Assembly: GCA_964535135.1 (NCBI GenBank)
Contig: CAZHSA010000001.1
Span: 1-52,545, forward strand
Direction of reading: 5' to 3'
DNA: 52,545 bases
Source of the DNA: an uncultured Kordia sp.
Lineage (GTDB): Bacteria > Bacteroidota > Bacteroidia > Flavobacteriales > Flavobacteriaceae
Made by a program: the position numbers and the translations under genes. The notes beneath the pieces are model-generated. The model was not told the DNA's origin, did not search any database, and worked only from the letters and a program-made list of their open reading frames with translations. Shown here one piece after another: positions 28,399-37,000 of the stretch; position 1 is the first letter of the stretch, and every line of letters begins with the position of its first letter.

Positions 28399-30012
28399 TT
28401 AGATTTGAAATGTATGCTTTTTAATGAGCTTGTTTATTTCTTTTCTCATTATATCAGTATGATCATTATCTACTCTTAATTGCATGTTTTTATACACTTT
28501 TAATAACGCATCTACTTTTTGTTCGTTTTTTACATGATCGTAAATTAGAAGTTGTTTGTAAATAGGTAATAGCGCAAAAGGCCGTACTGTATGAGATTTT
28601 TCATAATAGATAGCTGCTGCTTCATAATCGCCTAAATGCTCAAAAACTTCTCCTGTAAATAAGAGCATGTTATAGGATAGTATTTTATCATTTAGATGCA
28701 GCAGTATACGTTTTGCATTTTCCGAATCTTTACTTATGTATTCTTTAGCAACCCAGAATTTTATTTCATGATTTCTAAATGCGTGCTTTGTCAATTTAGA
28801 ATCGACCAAAGCGTTTATGGAAGTACTTTCTTGTACATGCTGAAACAACCGATATTTTGGGTAATAATACACAGATCCAAGTGCCATAAATAGTAGCACA
28901 GTAATGATTTTAATTGAAGTAGTATTAGTGATCAGTGTACTTTTGAAGCGTATGTTTAGTTTGAATATTTTTTCGCTTGTTACAATTTCAATATAAAAAA
29001 GGAATAGAAAAAATAAACTCGCAGTCATGAAAAAAGGATAGCTCGTTAACAACATTAAGTTTATCAGTAAAAAGCAACTAATGAATAGTCCTTTTTTTCT
29101 TTTGATCAGTATGTACAATATGTATAGATTTACTAGTAGAAATATGCCAAATGGAATGATGCCATACTGAATGAGTATTTGTAGATAATCATTGAAGGCT
29201 ACATTGTACACTTCGCCAATTAATTGACTCATTTCGTTTGCATTATGATTGATGATTGTATGATTATACCAATTCGTAAAAGGATTGTAACTTAATAGTT
29301 GGACGCTTTCCAAATGATCTAAAATAAAGCCGTTGATGTGCAATCTACCTGTTATAGAGATTTTTTTGGTGATTAAAAGTGGAATCAATCCTGACAAAAA
29401 AATGATGATGCTAATGATTCTGAAACGAGTTGTTTTAAACTGATCAAAAGTTTTATATAGTAACAAACTACAAGTAGCAATAAAGCCTAAACGTGATTTT
29501 AGGATTATGAATAAAATTGTAAAAATGACTAAGACAATTGTAGTCGTCAGATTGATTTTTCCTCTTTTGAGAATTGACACACAAATAATTAATATTGAAG
29601 TATTTACATAAAATCCGTTGAGTGTAGAAATACCATCAATTTGAATGTAGAAAAAAGATTTCAACATCAATAGTATAGCGATTGGAATCAATAAAATTAA
29701 AAGAAGATTTGCGCGTATTTTTTTGTAGCTAATTATTGAAAAAAACAATACTAATGACATTCCCAGTAGGTCCGTATATTGATTTAAGAAGAGTAAGCAT
29801 AGCGAAATTGCAAATGAAGTGTAGAGAAAGAGTATTTCTGTTTTAGTATAGTTTGCATTTTTTGTAAAACATATAAAAACGCCTAAAGCACTGACAATGA
29901 GAAATGAAATGTTGACTGTTTTATAGATTGGATTCAATACTATAAACAACGAAAGCACAATACACATTACGCTATGTATGAAACTTCTATGAAATATGGA
30001 TTGTGCTCTCAT
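28399..30012 (-). CDS. O-antigen ligase (Wzy_C)-like polytopic membrane protein with C-terminal TPR
   Basis: Many TM helices; SRLG, GR and AFNDYLQ...YG motifs; C-terminal GDYEAAAIYYEKS..P TPR; very AT-rich. Confidence 0.7.
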   Translation of the reverse strand: MRAQSIFHRSFIHSVMCIVLSLFIVLNPIYKTVNISFLIVSALGVFICFTKNANYTKTEILFLYTSFAISLCLLFLNQYTDLLGMSLVLFFSIISYKKIRANLLLILLIPIAILLMLKSFFYIQIDGISTLNGFYVNTSILIICVSILKRGKINLTTTIVLVIFTILFIILKSRLGFIATCSLLLYKTFDQFKTTRFRIISIIIFLSGLIPLLITKKISITGRLHINGFILDHLESVQLLSYNPFTNWYNHTIINHNANEMSQLIGEVYNVAFNDYLQILIQYGIIPFGIFLLVNLYILYILIKRKKGLFISCFLLINLMLLTSYPFFMTASLFFLFLFYIEIVTSEKIFKLNIRFKSTLITNTTSIKIITVLLFMALGSVYYYPKYRLFQHVQESTSINALVDSKLTKHAFRNHEIKFWVAKEYISKDSENAKRILLHLNDKILSYNMLLFTGEVFEHLGDYEAAAIYYEKSHTVRPFALLPIYKQLLIYDHVKNEQKVDALLKVYKNMQLRVDNDHTDIMRKEINKLIKKHTFQI

Positions 30013-30037
30013 TGTGATTTTTTATATCATTACTACC

Positions 30038-32065
30038 TTAGTCCGTAATCTTTAAAACAACATTTGAGCCTTGCAGACCGTAGGTTCTATTGATTTCTTC
30101 CCAAAAGAATAAATCGAAAGATCCCATTGACAAGGTTCTATCAGGGTAATCGAATGTTACATCGGTTGTTTTCTTAGCGCCAATGTCTAAACCAACATCA
30201 AAAACATCTTTCTTTCCAATTTTAAACGTTCCTTTTGCTTCAATTTCCTTTGATACTGTGGAAGTTTCTGTTACAATTTCTCCTGTATCCGTTTCTGAAA
30301 TATTTACAAAAAGTACTTTGTTATAATAATCTCCATACCAATTATTAATTAATGTTATAGATGTTGGGTTTTGAAGTAGAAGGATATTTGGCGCATAAGG
30401 AACCTGATTCGCATAAACAGGATCCGATACTGACGGCACGTAATCAGTACTAACAGCTATATCTATTATAAAAAAGTCAAACGGTGGTGGCAGTGTAATA
30501 AGTTCAACTAATTTTGGCGCTAAACCAACTAAGGCTTCTGATGTTTTTGTCCCTGACTCTTCATCTGTAGCAATGGTTGATGCAATAAATATCTCTGGCC
30601 TTCCATGTTCTGGTAATTCAAAAACAGAGATATCTGGAATATTGATTTCGCTTATTCGTACGCGGTCGCCACTGCTTCTCCAAGCTGGATACACTACATC
30701 GTATACAGGCAAAGAATAATTAGCTCCTAATTTATTTCGAATTCTAAAATGCTGACGATTTCCTTTCCAACTGTTAGGATGTGTTTCCGAATGACTTACT
30801 GTTAAAAGATCTGGTATGTCTTCAATATTTGACCAGGAATTGTTAGTTCCATTTGTGGAAACTTCAATTTTATACCCTGTAGATTGATAACTATCTGGTG
30901 GACTCCAAAAATAGTCGATAGTTCCTTCGTTAAAGTTTCTCGTTTCAAAATTTGCAACAGGATCTACAATAAGACTCGCATCTGTAGTTACAGTGATACC
31001 ATTTGTCCATGCGGAGCGACAATAATCTTCAGATGATCCAAATGGAAATTTTCGCATGCGTACACTTCTTACTCTATAGATGTATGTTGTACTTGGTATT
31101 AAATCTGTATCCGTCACTAAATATTGATTGCTTGTGTAGCCACAGGAATAGATAGCAAATGTTTTTATTTCACCAGTTACTGGGTTCAAGCGTTCCAATA
31201 CATAACGATTCCAAGTTCCTGCTTCTTCCAAATCACCATTCCAAGTAATTTGTATAAAGCCATCTTGCATTGTTACTGTAAAATTAGTCGGTGTACTTGG
31301 TGTATCACAAGGACCATCAGGCTCAGGAATGTCATCAACTTCACAAACTTGTGATGGTGTTAATTCTCCTAATGGACCTACAGGTCCAGATGGACCAAAC
31401 GTAAAAGGATTGACGTGATTTATCAGTGAATTTCCTTGACTATCATGTCGTTCACTAATTTGTACTGTTAAAAAAACTTCGTTTACTACTTCTACTCTAG
31501 TAGAAGAGCTGTCATACCCAAAAAGTTGATTCCCAACTCTGTGATTGCCATCAACAAAAACGACTTTATCTAATGTCAATTGATCGGCAGTAATCGTAGA
31601 AGCTATTGAAACTGCTGAATCTGCAGAAGATCCCGTAGCGATATTATTTCGTACCGCAACAATTACATTTGGCATAATCCGCGCATTTGACATTAAATAT
31701 TCTTGTGCTTCTTTGACGGAAATTTTTTCAATCCGAGACAATTCTGATGCAAACGCATCCATCCCTGTCGCTCTCCCATCGTTACTTTTAGCACTGAAAA
31801 GGTCCGTTACCAATATTTCAATTTCTCCGGTTTTCTTTTTTGAATTTGCTTGTAACACTTCGGCAAGCTTTTTCTTATCTTTCAGTAAATTAGTCAACAC
31901 ACTGGTCAATCTATTTCCGTACTCCAAATACTTCTTAGAGATATCTGCGTTGTCGTTTCTTCCTGATTTTTCAAGAGATGAGCCAAGTAAAATTTCTTCT
32001 TCTTGACATCCCTGTATCATCAAACAGAAACCTAATAGTAATACAAATAAATGTCTTTTTTTCAT
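30038..32065 (-). CDS. Surface lipoprotein with two fibronectin type III domains and an unknown C-terminal domain
   Basis: Lipobox IQGC followed by acidic QEEE; FN3 motifs PTNFT..ITW..Y..ER..DTDL.P.TTY.YRVR and a second FW.PP..GYKIE..FRIR. Confidence 0.8.
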   Translation of the reverse strand: MKKRHLFVLLLGFCLMIQGCQEEEILLGSSLEKSGRNDNADISKKYLEYGNRLTSVLTNLLKDKKKLAEVLQANSKKKTGEIEILVTDLFSAKSNDGRATGMDAFASELSRIEKISVKEAQEYLMSNARIMPNVIVAVRNNIATGSSADSAVSIASTITADQLTLDKVVFVDGNHRVGNQLFGYDSSSTRVEVVNEVFLTVQISERHDSQGNSLINHVNPFTFGPSGPVGPLGELTPSQVCEVDDIPEPDGPCDTPSTPTNFTVTMQDGFIQITWNGDLEEAGTWNRYVLERLNPVTGEIKTFAIYSCGYTSNQYLVTDTDLIPSTTYIYRVRSVRMRKFPFGSSEDYCRSAWTNGITVTTDASLIVDPVANFETRNFNEGTIDYFWSPPDSYQSTGYKIEVSTNGTNNSWSNIEDIPDLLTVSHSETHPNSWKGNRQHFRIRNKLGANYSLPVYDVVYPAWRSSGDRVRISEINIPDISVFELPEHGRPEIFIASTIATDEESGTKTSEALVGLAPKLVELITLPPPFDFFIIDIAVSTDYVPSVSDPVYANQVPYAPNILLLQNPTSITLINNWYGDYYNKVLFVNISETDTGEIVTETSTVSKEIEAKGTFKIGKKDVFDVGLDIGAKKTTDVTFDYPDRTLSMGSFDLFFWEEINRTYGLQGSNVVLKITD

Positions 32066-32433
32066 AAGTTTGGTTTAAAATATTATCCTTCTTTTTTTGT
32101 TAAAGGCTTCTGGTTTTGCCTATAATGAATCGATTCATTATCTAGTGTTCACTTATGAATTTTGTTACCCAAAAAAATAGGAACTAACTTAAATGTAGGC
32201 GGTCGTTTATCCCGATGAAGTAAAACTGAGAAAGTATTGTCACTTAAAAAAAATAATCTCGTGTTTGGATTAGGCATCAATCATAGGCGCTATCGCTACT
32301 ATAAAAGATTCGTTTGTGTTTAAGCCAAAAACCCTAAAAATAAACTACTGAATATCAATAAACTAAAAAAAAATATAATTTTAGAAGTACCGTTTCGAAC
32401 AATTTTTCAAAAGAACAAAACCATCTTAAAAAC

Positions 32434-32460
32434 AAAAAAACCGTTGAAAATCAACGGTTT
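32434..32460 (-). terminator. Intrinsic terminator just outside the tRNA-His 3' fragment
   Basis: AAACCGTTGA-aaa-TCAACGGTTT hairpin with an A-run (U-tail on the minus strand). Confidence 0.7.
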
Positions 32461-32465
32461 ATAAA

Positions 32466-32514
32466 GGGTGAAAGACCGGGTTCGAACCGGCGACCTCTGG
32501 AACCACAATCTAGC
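32466..32514 (-). repeat. Duplicated 3' part of tRNA-His (att-site direct repeat)
   Basis: 32466-32510 is identical to 47280-47324 (45 bp) and extends to 49 bp with one mismatch; lacks the D-arm and 5' acceptor strand. Confidence 0.92.
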
Positions 32515-32547
32515 AGGTCGCTTTTTTAATAATTGATTTTCGAAACA

Positions 32548-32625
32548 CGCGAAATATTCAGTTGAGACCATTTAAACATTTCGATGCAAGCGTCGGAGCA
32601 TTTTAAATCTCAATTATCGAGTAAA
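32548..32625 (+). repeat. Degenerate, truncated copy of the small palindromic element at 33941-34040, in inverted orientation
   Basis: ATTTCGAtGCAAGCGTCGGAGCATTTTAAATCTCaATTATCGAGTAAA matches the reverse complement of 33941-33988 at 46/48; weaker gap-free match extends back to 32548. Confidence 0.8.
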
Positions 32626-32833
32626 CAGAAGCTTGTCGCACGACTGCAGGGCGCTTCTGTTTCTTGACAGAAGCCTGTTGCACGACTGCAGGGAGCTTCT
32701 GTTTTTTGACAGAAGCCTGTCGCATGACTGCAGGAAGCTTCTGTTTTGTGACAAAAGCTTGTTGCACGACTGCAGGGCGCTTCTGTTTTCTTACCAAAAC
32801 CTGTATATGACTACTGGTAGTTTCTGTTTGTCG
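32625..32833. repeat. 42-bp palindromic tandem repeat, 4 copies plus 1 degenerate copy
   Basis: Units ACAGAAGCyTGTyGCAyGACTGCAGG..GCTTCTGTTT.... start at 32625, 32667, 32709, 32751 and (degenerate) 32793; internal inverted repeat ACAGAAGC/GCTTCTGT. Confidence 0.9.
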
Positions 32834-32906
32834 GGAAAAGACTTTAAGTATTTACTAAGAGGAATGCATCACGAAGAAAACTATGTACACAGCTGTTATT
32901 GAACAC

Positions 32907-32940
32907 AAAAAAGCGTCATCTTTTATGCTAAGATGACGCT
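32907..32940 (-). terminator. Intrinsic terminator after the small T9SS gene
   Basis: AGCGTCATCTT...AAGATGACGCT stem with an A-run. Confidence 0.75.
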
Positions 32941-33006
32941 CTTTCTGTTTAGTTGTGTTCTATATGTATTTGCCCTGTTTTCAAATCACAACTAAATCCT
33001 ACAAAA

Positions 33007-33825
33007 TTATTCTTTCAAGATTTTAATGGTTTTTTGTGCCTTGTCTGAATAGAGTTTTAGCATATATATTCCACTTGGTAATTTGTTCACCTCAATTTTA
33101 GTTAGATTGTTTTCTTTGGATAGTATCAATTGTCCATTCAAATTGTGAATTTCTGCTTTAACTAAATCTGTGTTTGCATTTGTGATGTGAATGATATCTT
33201 TTACGGGATTTGGATAGATAGAAAGATTCACTAATTCGTTTGTATCCTCTACGGAAAGTGTAGAAAAATCAAAAGATGACATTCCTGAAACTGCTGCTGC
33301 ATTCGGATCAACGACATTGACAAATTCTGCCATACCATTGTCTACCATATCCGCTTGCATAAAGCTTTTTAACGGTGTTAATGTCGTTGCCAAGGCTGAA
33401 TTGTTTTCCAAAATATACATTGATCCAGAAGTTGGCGCACCATTTATTTGAATCGTAACAATGTTTGAGGTCATTCCTGCAGAAGGAGCTGACAGCGACA
33501 CAGGACTTCCCAATGTTTCTGTGATTAAGTATCCATCTATTGACGATTGTCCAATAGCATTTCCATCGAAAAAAGTGGCGTTAGCAGCATTTCCAAGAGA
33601 AGATGTAATACTCGCGGTAACACCATCTGGTAGGATAATGGTGAAACCATAGCTTTGTACCGAAGTTGCAAAGTTATTTGTACTTGTGTTGGGAACAGCG
33701 CCAATGGTAAAGTTATAAGCGCCATTATCAATAAGCGTGTACGTGTAACCATCTTGAGCCTTTGCTTGAAAGATTGTCATTGTTATAATGGTTACTATGA
33801 GTGTTTTTAAATAATGTGTTTTCAT
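33007..33825 (-). CDS. Small beta-sandwich (possibly cohesin-like) protein with T9SS type A CTD
   Basis: Start at ATG 33825 (MKTHY); signal peptide AKA-Q; beta-rich ~160-aa domain; IYPNP...GIYML...KILKE CTD. Confidence 0.82.
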   Translation of the reverse strand: MKTHYLKTLIVTIITMTIFQAKAQDGYTYTLIDNGAYNFTIGAVPNTSTNNFATSVQSYGFTIILPDGVTASITSSLGNAANATFFDGNAIGQSSIDGYLITETLGSPVSLSAPSAGMTSNIVTIQINGAPTSGSMYILENNSALATTLTPLKSFMQADMVDNGMAEFVNVVDPNAAAVSGMSSFDFSTLSVEDTNELVNLSIYPNPVKDIIHITNANTDLVKAEIHNLNGQLILSKENNLTKIEVNKLPSGIYMLKLYSDKAQKTIKILKE

Positions 33826-33940
33826 GATTTTTTTGTGTGTTCTATTTTGTCTGATCGTTACGTTGAGCACAGTACGGTACTTAATCTTCTTTTTTTTTTT
33901 GATGATTCCCGACTGTGCCCGAACGAACAACTATTTACGA

Positions 33941-34040
33941 TTTACTCGATAATCGAGATTTAAAATGCTCCGACGCTTGCGTCGAAATATTTTTATGTTT
34001 TCAATTGAATGCTTCGTGGGCTTGCCCCGAACTAGTTTAC
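33941..34040 (-). mobile_element. ~100-bp non-autonomous palindromic element (IS200/IS605-derived PATE/MITE-like)
   Basis: Minus strand reads GTAAACTAGTTCGGGGCAAGCCCACGAAGC...TTCGACGCAAGCGTCGGA...CTCGATTATCGAG, with three hairpins; the GTxAACTA+hairpin start resembles IS200/IS605 ends; second copy at 32548. Confidence 0.55.
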
Positions 34041-37000
34041 TAATTAATTACAGTTGAAACATTTTCAGGTAATTGCTCAACGATTTGATATGTACTAAAA
34101 TTCAAGAAGTTTCCTGGATGCGCTAATACGTTTTGCAAAATGAATGGCGTATCAGGACTCGTTCCTGAGTATTGAATCACTCCATCCATATTTATATCAT
34201 TTGCATTATAACCCGTAACGCTAAACGTAGGGAAATTTAGAAAGTTACTTGGATCATTTAATACTACAGATAATATATTTGGCGTATCTGGACTGGTTCC
34301 TGAATACTGAATTACCGTATCATTGTTTGCATTTCCACACCACATAGCTGCTACTCCACTAGGCATTCCAGAAGTGGTTTGTGCATTATTTCCAAAAGTA
34401 ACTACAGCTGAACTGTTTGTAAAATCAACACTATTCGTTGCTGTGAATGTCAGTGCGGCATTGCTCATAATTCCGAGATGATTTCTATGTTTTACAGCGA
34501 TATAGTACGTGTTATCTGTTACTTCATAGAATAAGCTTGATACGCCATCTCTCGCAACAATATCTCCATCGCGTTGTAGTAAGTATGAGCGTCCTTCTAC
34601 CACAATAGTAGGATCATTTTTATCACGAAGTTCTACCCAAACCCAATCCACAATAGCATCATGTCCTGTCGCATCAAACGCTGTAGGAGCAGCCTCTGCA
34701 TTGTCGTACGGACTTCTCACAGGAATCATTCCTGATACGCGTAAATCGTCACGCATTAGGTTTTCTTCTCCTGTATTTGGATTTAACGCAGCACCTTGTA
34801 AAAAGACTTTCACGTCTAAAGAAAACGCAGTACACGCTTCCACCGTAACATCAAAACTACAGGTGATTGTATTTCCTTCGGAATCAGTTGCTTCAAACGT
34901 GTTTGTCGTAGTTCCGACAGGGAAATCGCTTCCGCTTGGCAATCCAGCGGTTTGTGTCATTGGTAGACCTGAAAGCTCCAATACATATCTTCTTGCACTT
35001 GTAGCGTTGATATCATTCCAACGTCCATTAGAGCGTAGTTCTACATAATCTTCATTGTCTTGAAAATCATTCGGTTCGTTATCGTTCCAATTGGTATAAT
35101 CGGATGTACTTCCGTTATGCCAAGAAAATACAGTTTCATCTGCTGCATCTGTAAGTCCGATGATTACTGAACCAGTTCCTGCTGCGTTTGTTGTTTCTGT
35201 TAGTAATTCATTCAATTCTTGAGAATCTATCGTGGCAACAAAACCATTTTGTGCTTCAGCATCTATAAAAGCATCTGGCGCATTGAAAGCAGCTTCAGAT
35301 AGATAATATGCTTTGTTTCCGAGTTTACCTAGATAGATAAATCCAGTAATGGCGGCAACATCACAATTGTCTAACGCTAACGGTACTTCATAGTTTACAG
35401 TCGCATTACAAGTATTTACTGTGACATCTGAAGGACAATTTGTAACTTCTGGCGCTTGTGTATCATTTACAATGATCTGTTGCGTACAGGTGGCTACATT
35501 TCCAACGATATCTGTAAATGTCCAATCTACAAGTGTATTTCCAACAGGATACACATCAGAAGCATCTGTAGTGTTATTATAATCGTTCACTGCTACAGGA
35601 CAAAGACTTAGATCATCTACATAAAATAAAGGAGTTGCATTTGGATTTGGATCACTTTCACTACGCGTTCCTGGGTAGAATGTAACAGAGCCTAAAGTGC
35701 TTACGCCTACTGGACCACTGTTTCTATCTGAGAATGGATGACTAGCAACAAAAGTTCCATCGACAGATATTTCACCATAATCGCCATCTATATTAGCTAA
35801 AATTTTCACTTCAAACCAAGTATCTTGAGGGTAGTTAAAAGGAATCAACCTACCACTCACGTTGAAAAGTCCTGTACCATCAGAATGATAGTATATTTGA
35901 CTAGCCGTTTCTGTTCCAGCAATTTCTGTTTTTTGCACATTAGAATAAGCACTATTTCCACTTGGAACGTATAAGTGATACGTAAGTTCCCAAGATCCGA
36001 AAGATTTCTCGCCTAATTTGTACACCATATCTTGTGGACCACCAGTAGCCACGCCTTCTATTTTTAAACTTTTTGTGCCGCTTCGTGCTTGTTCGGTTGT
36101 AATATTTCCACTTTCAGAAGTCGTTCCTGGATTCCAAGTATCCCAATCGCCACCTTGTCCTAAGAGTAATCCTTCTGAATACGATTCTAAATCATCATTT
36201 TGTACACAACCTGTATTATCGTCAATTACGGTTGGCATTGGTATTGTTATACTCGCTCCACAAATACCTGGATCATTGCTAATGATAACATCTTCAGGAC
36301 AGCTGATTGTTGGCATTACGCAATCTACTTCGTTGAATGTAATTTGTGGATCTCTATTTGTGAAGTTTGCAGTTGCGTACGCAACATCGTCTACCAACAT
36401 ACAGGTTAAATTAGGTAAGTTGAGTAGATTAGCGGAAAGTATGTTGGTGTTGTTTCCGTTTCTAAAGTCAAAGATTGACAAGTTTGGATTATCGCTAAAC
36501 GAAATACGTCGCAATGCAGGATAACCAGAAGCATCAAAGGAAGCAAAGTTGTTTCCAGCAATGAAAAGAATTTCTAAGTTTGGCAATTGTGTTGGTAACG
36601 TTAAATTTACTAAACCAACATAATTTATATCGACTCTTTGTAGTAACGGACTGTTTGATAAATCTAAATCTGTAATTACTGATTGTCCTGCGCCTTCAAA
36701 TTCTATGCTTTCCAATAGCGGATTGTTGTCTAATACTAAATTATTGATTGTTGTATCTTCAAATTCTACTATTCTCAAATTTGTATTACTACTCAAGTTT
36801 ACAGTAGTGATGGTATTTGTATTAATTTTAAGATTTTCTAGTGCTGTAAAGGCTTCAATTCCTGTTAAATCGGTAACTCCTACGCTGCCAATATTTAGTG
36901 AAGTTGCATTCTCTATCAACGATGTTGGTACTTGTCCATCTGCTGAAATATCATCCAAACCACTTGCTTCCAATTCTGCTTCAAACGCTGCATCTGGAAT

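Noticed and set aside
32466-32514. Second intact tRNA-His
   Set aside because: Only the anticodon loop to 3' end is present; treated as an att repeat
32625-32833. CRISPR array
   Set aside because: Units are contiguous with no unique spacers, and there are no cas genes in the window
32603-32902. ORFs 32603..32797 (-) and 32633..32902 (+)
   Set aside because: Open only because the 42-bp repeat is a multiple of three; no independent coding evidence
33826-33930. Lys-rich N-terminal extension of the small T9SS protein
   Set aside because: Derived from an intergenic poly-T and hairpin; the signal peptide starts at 33825
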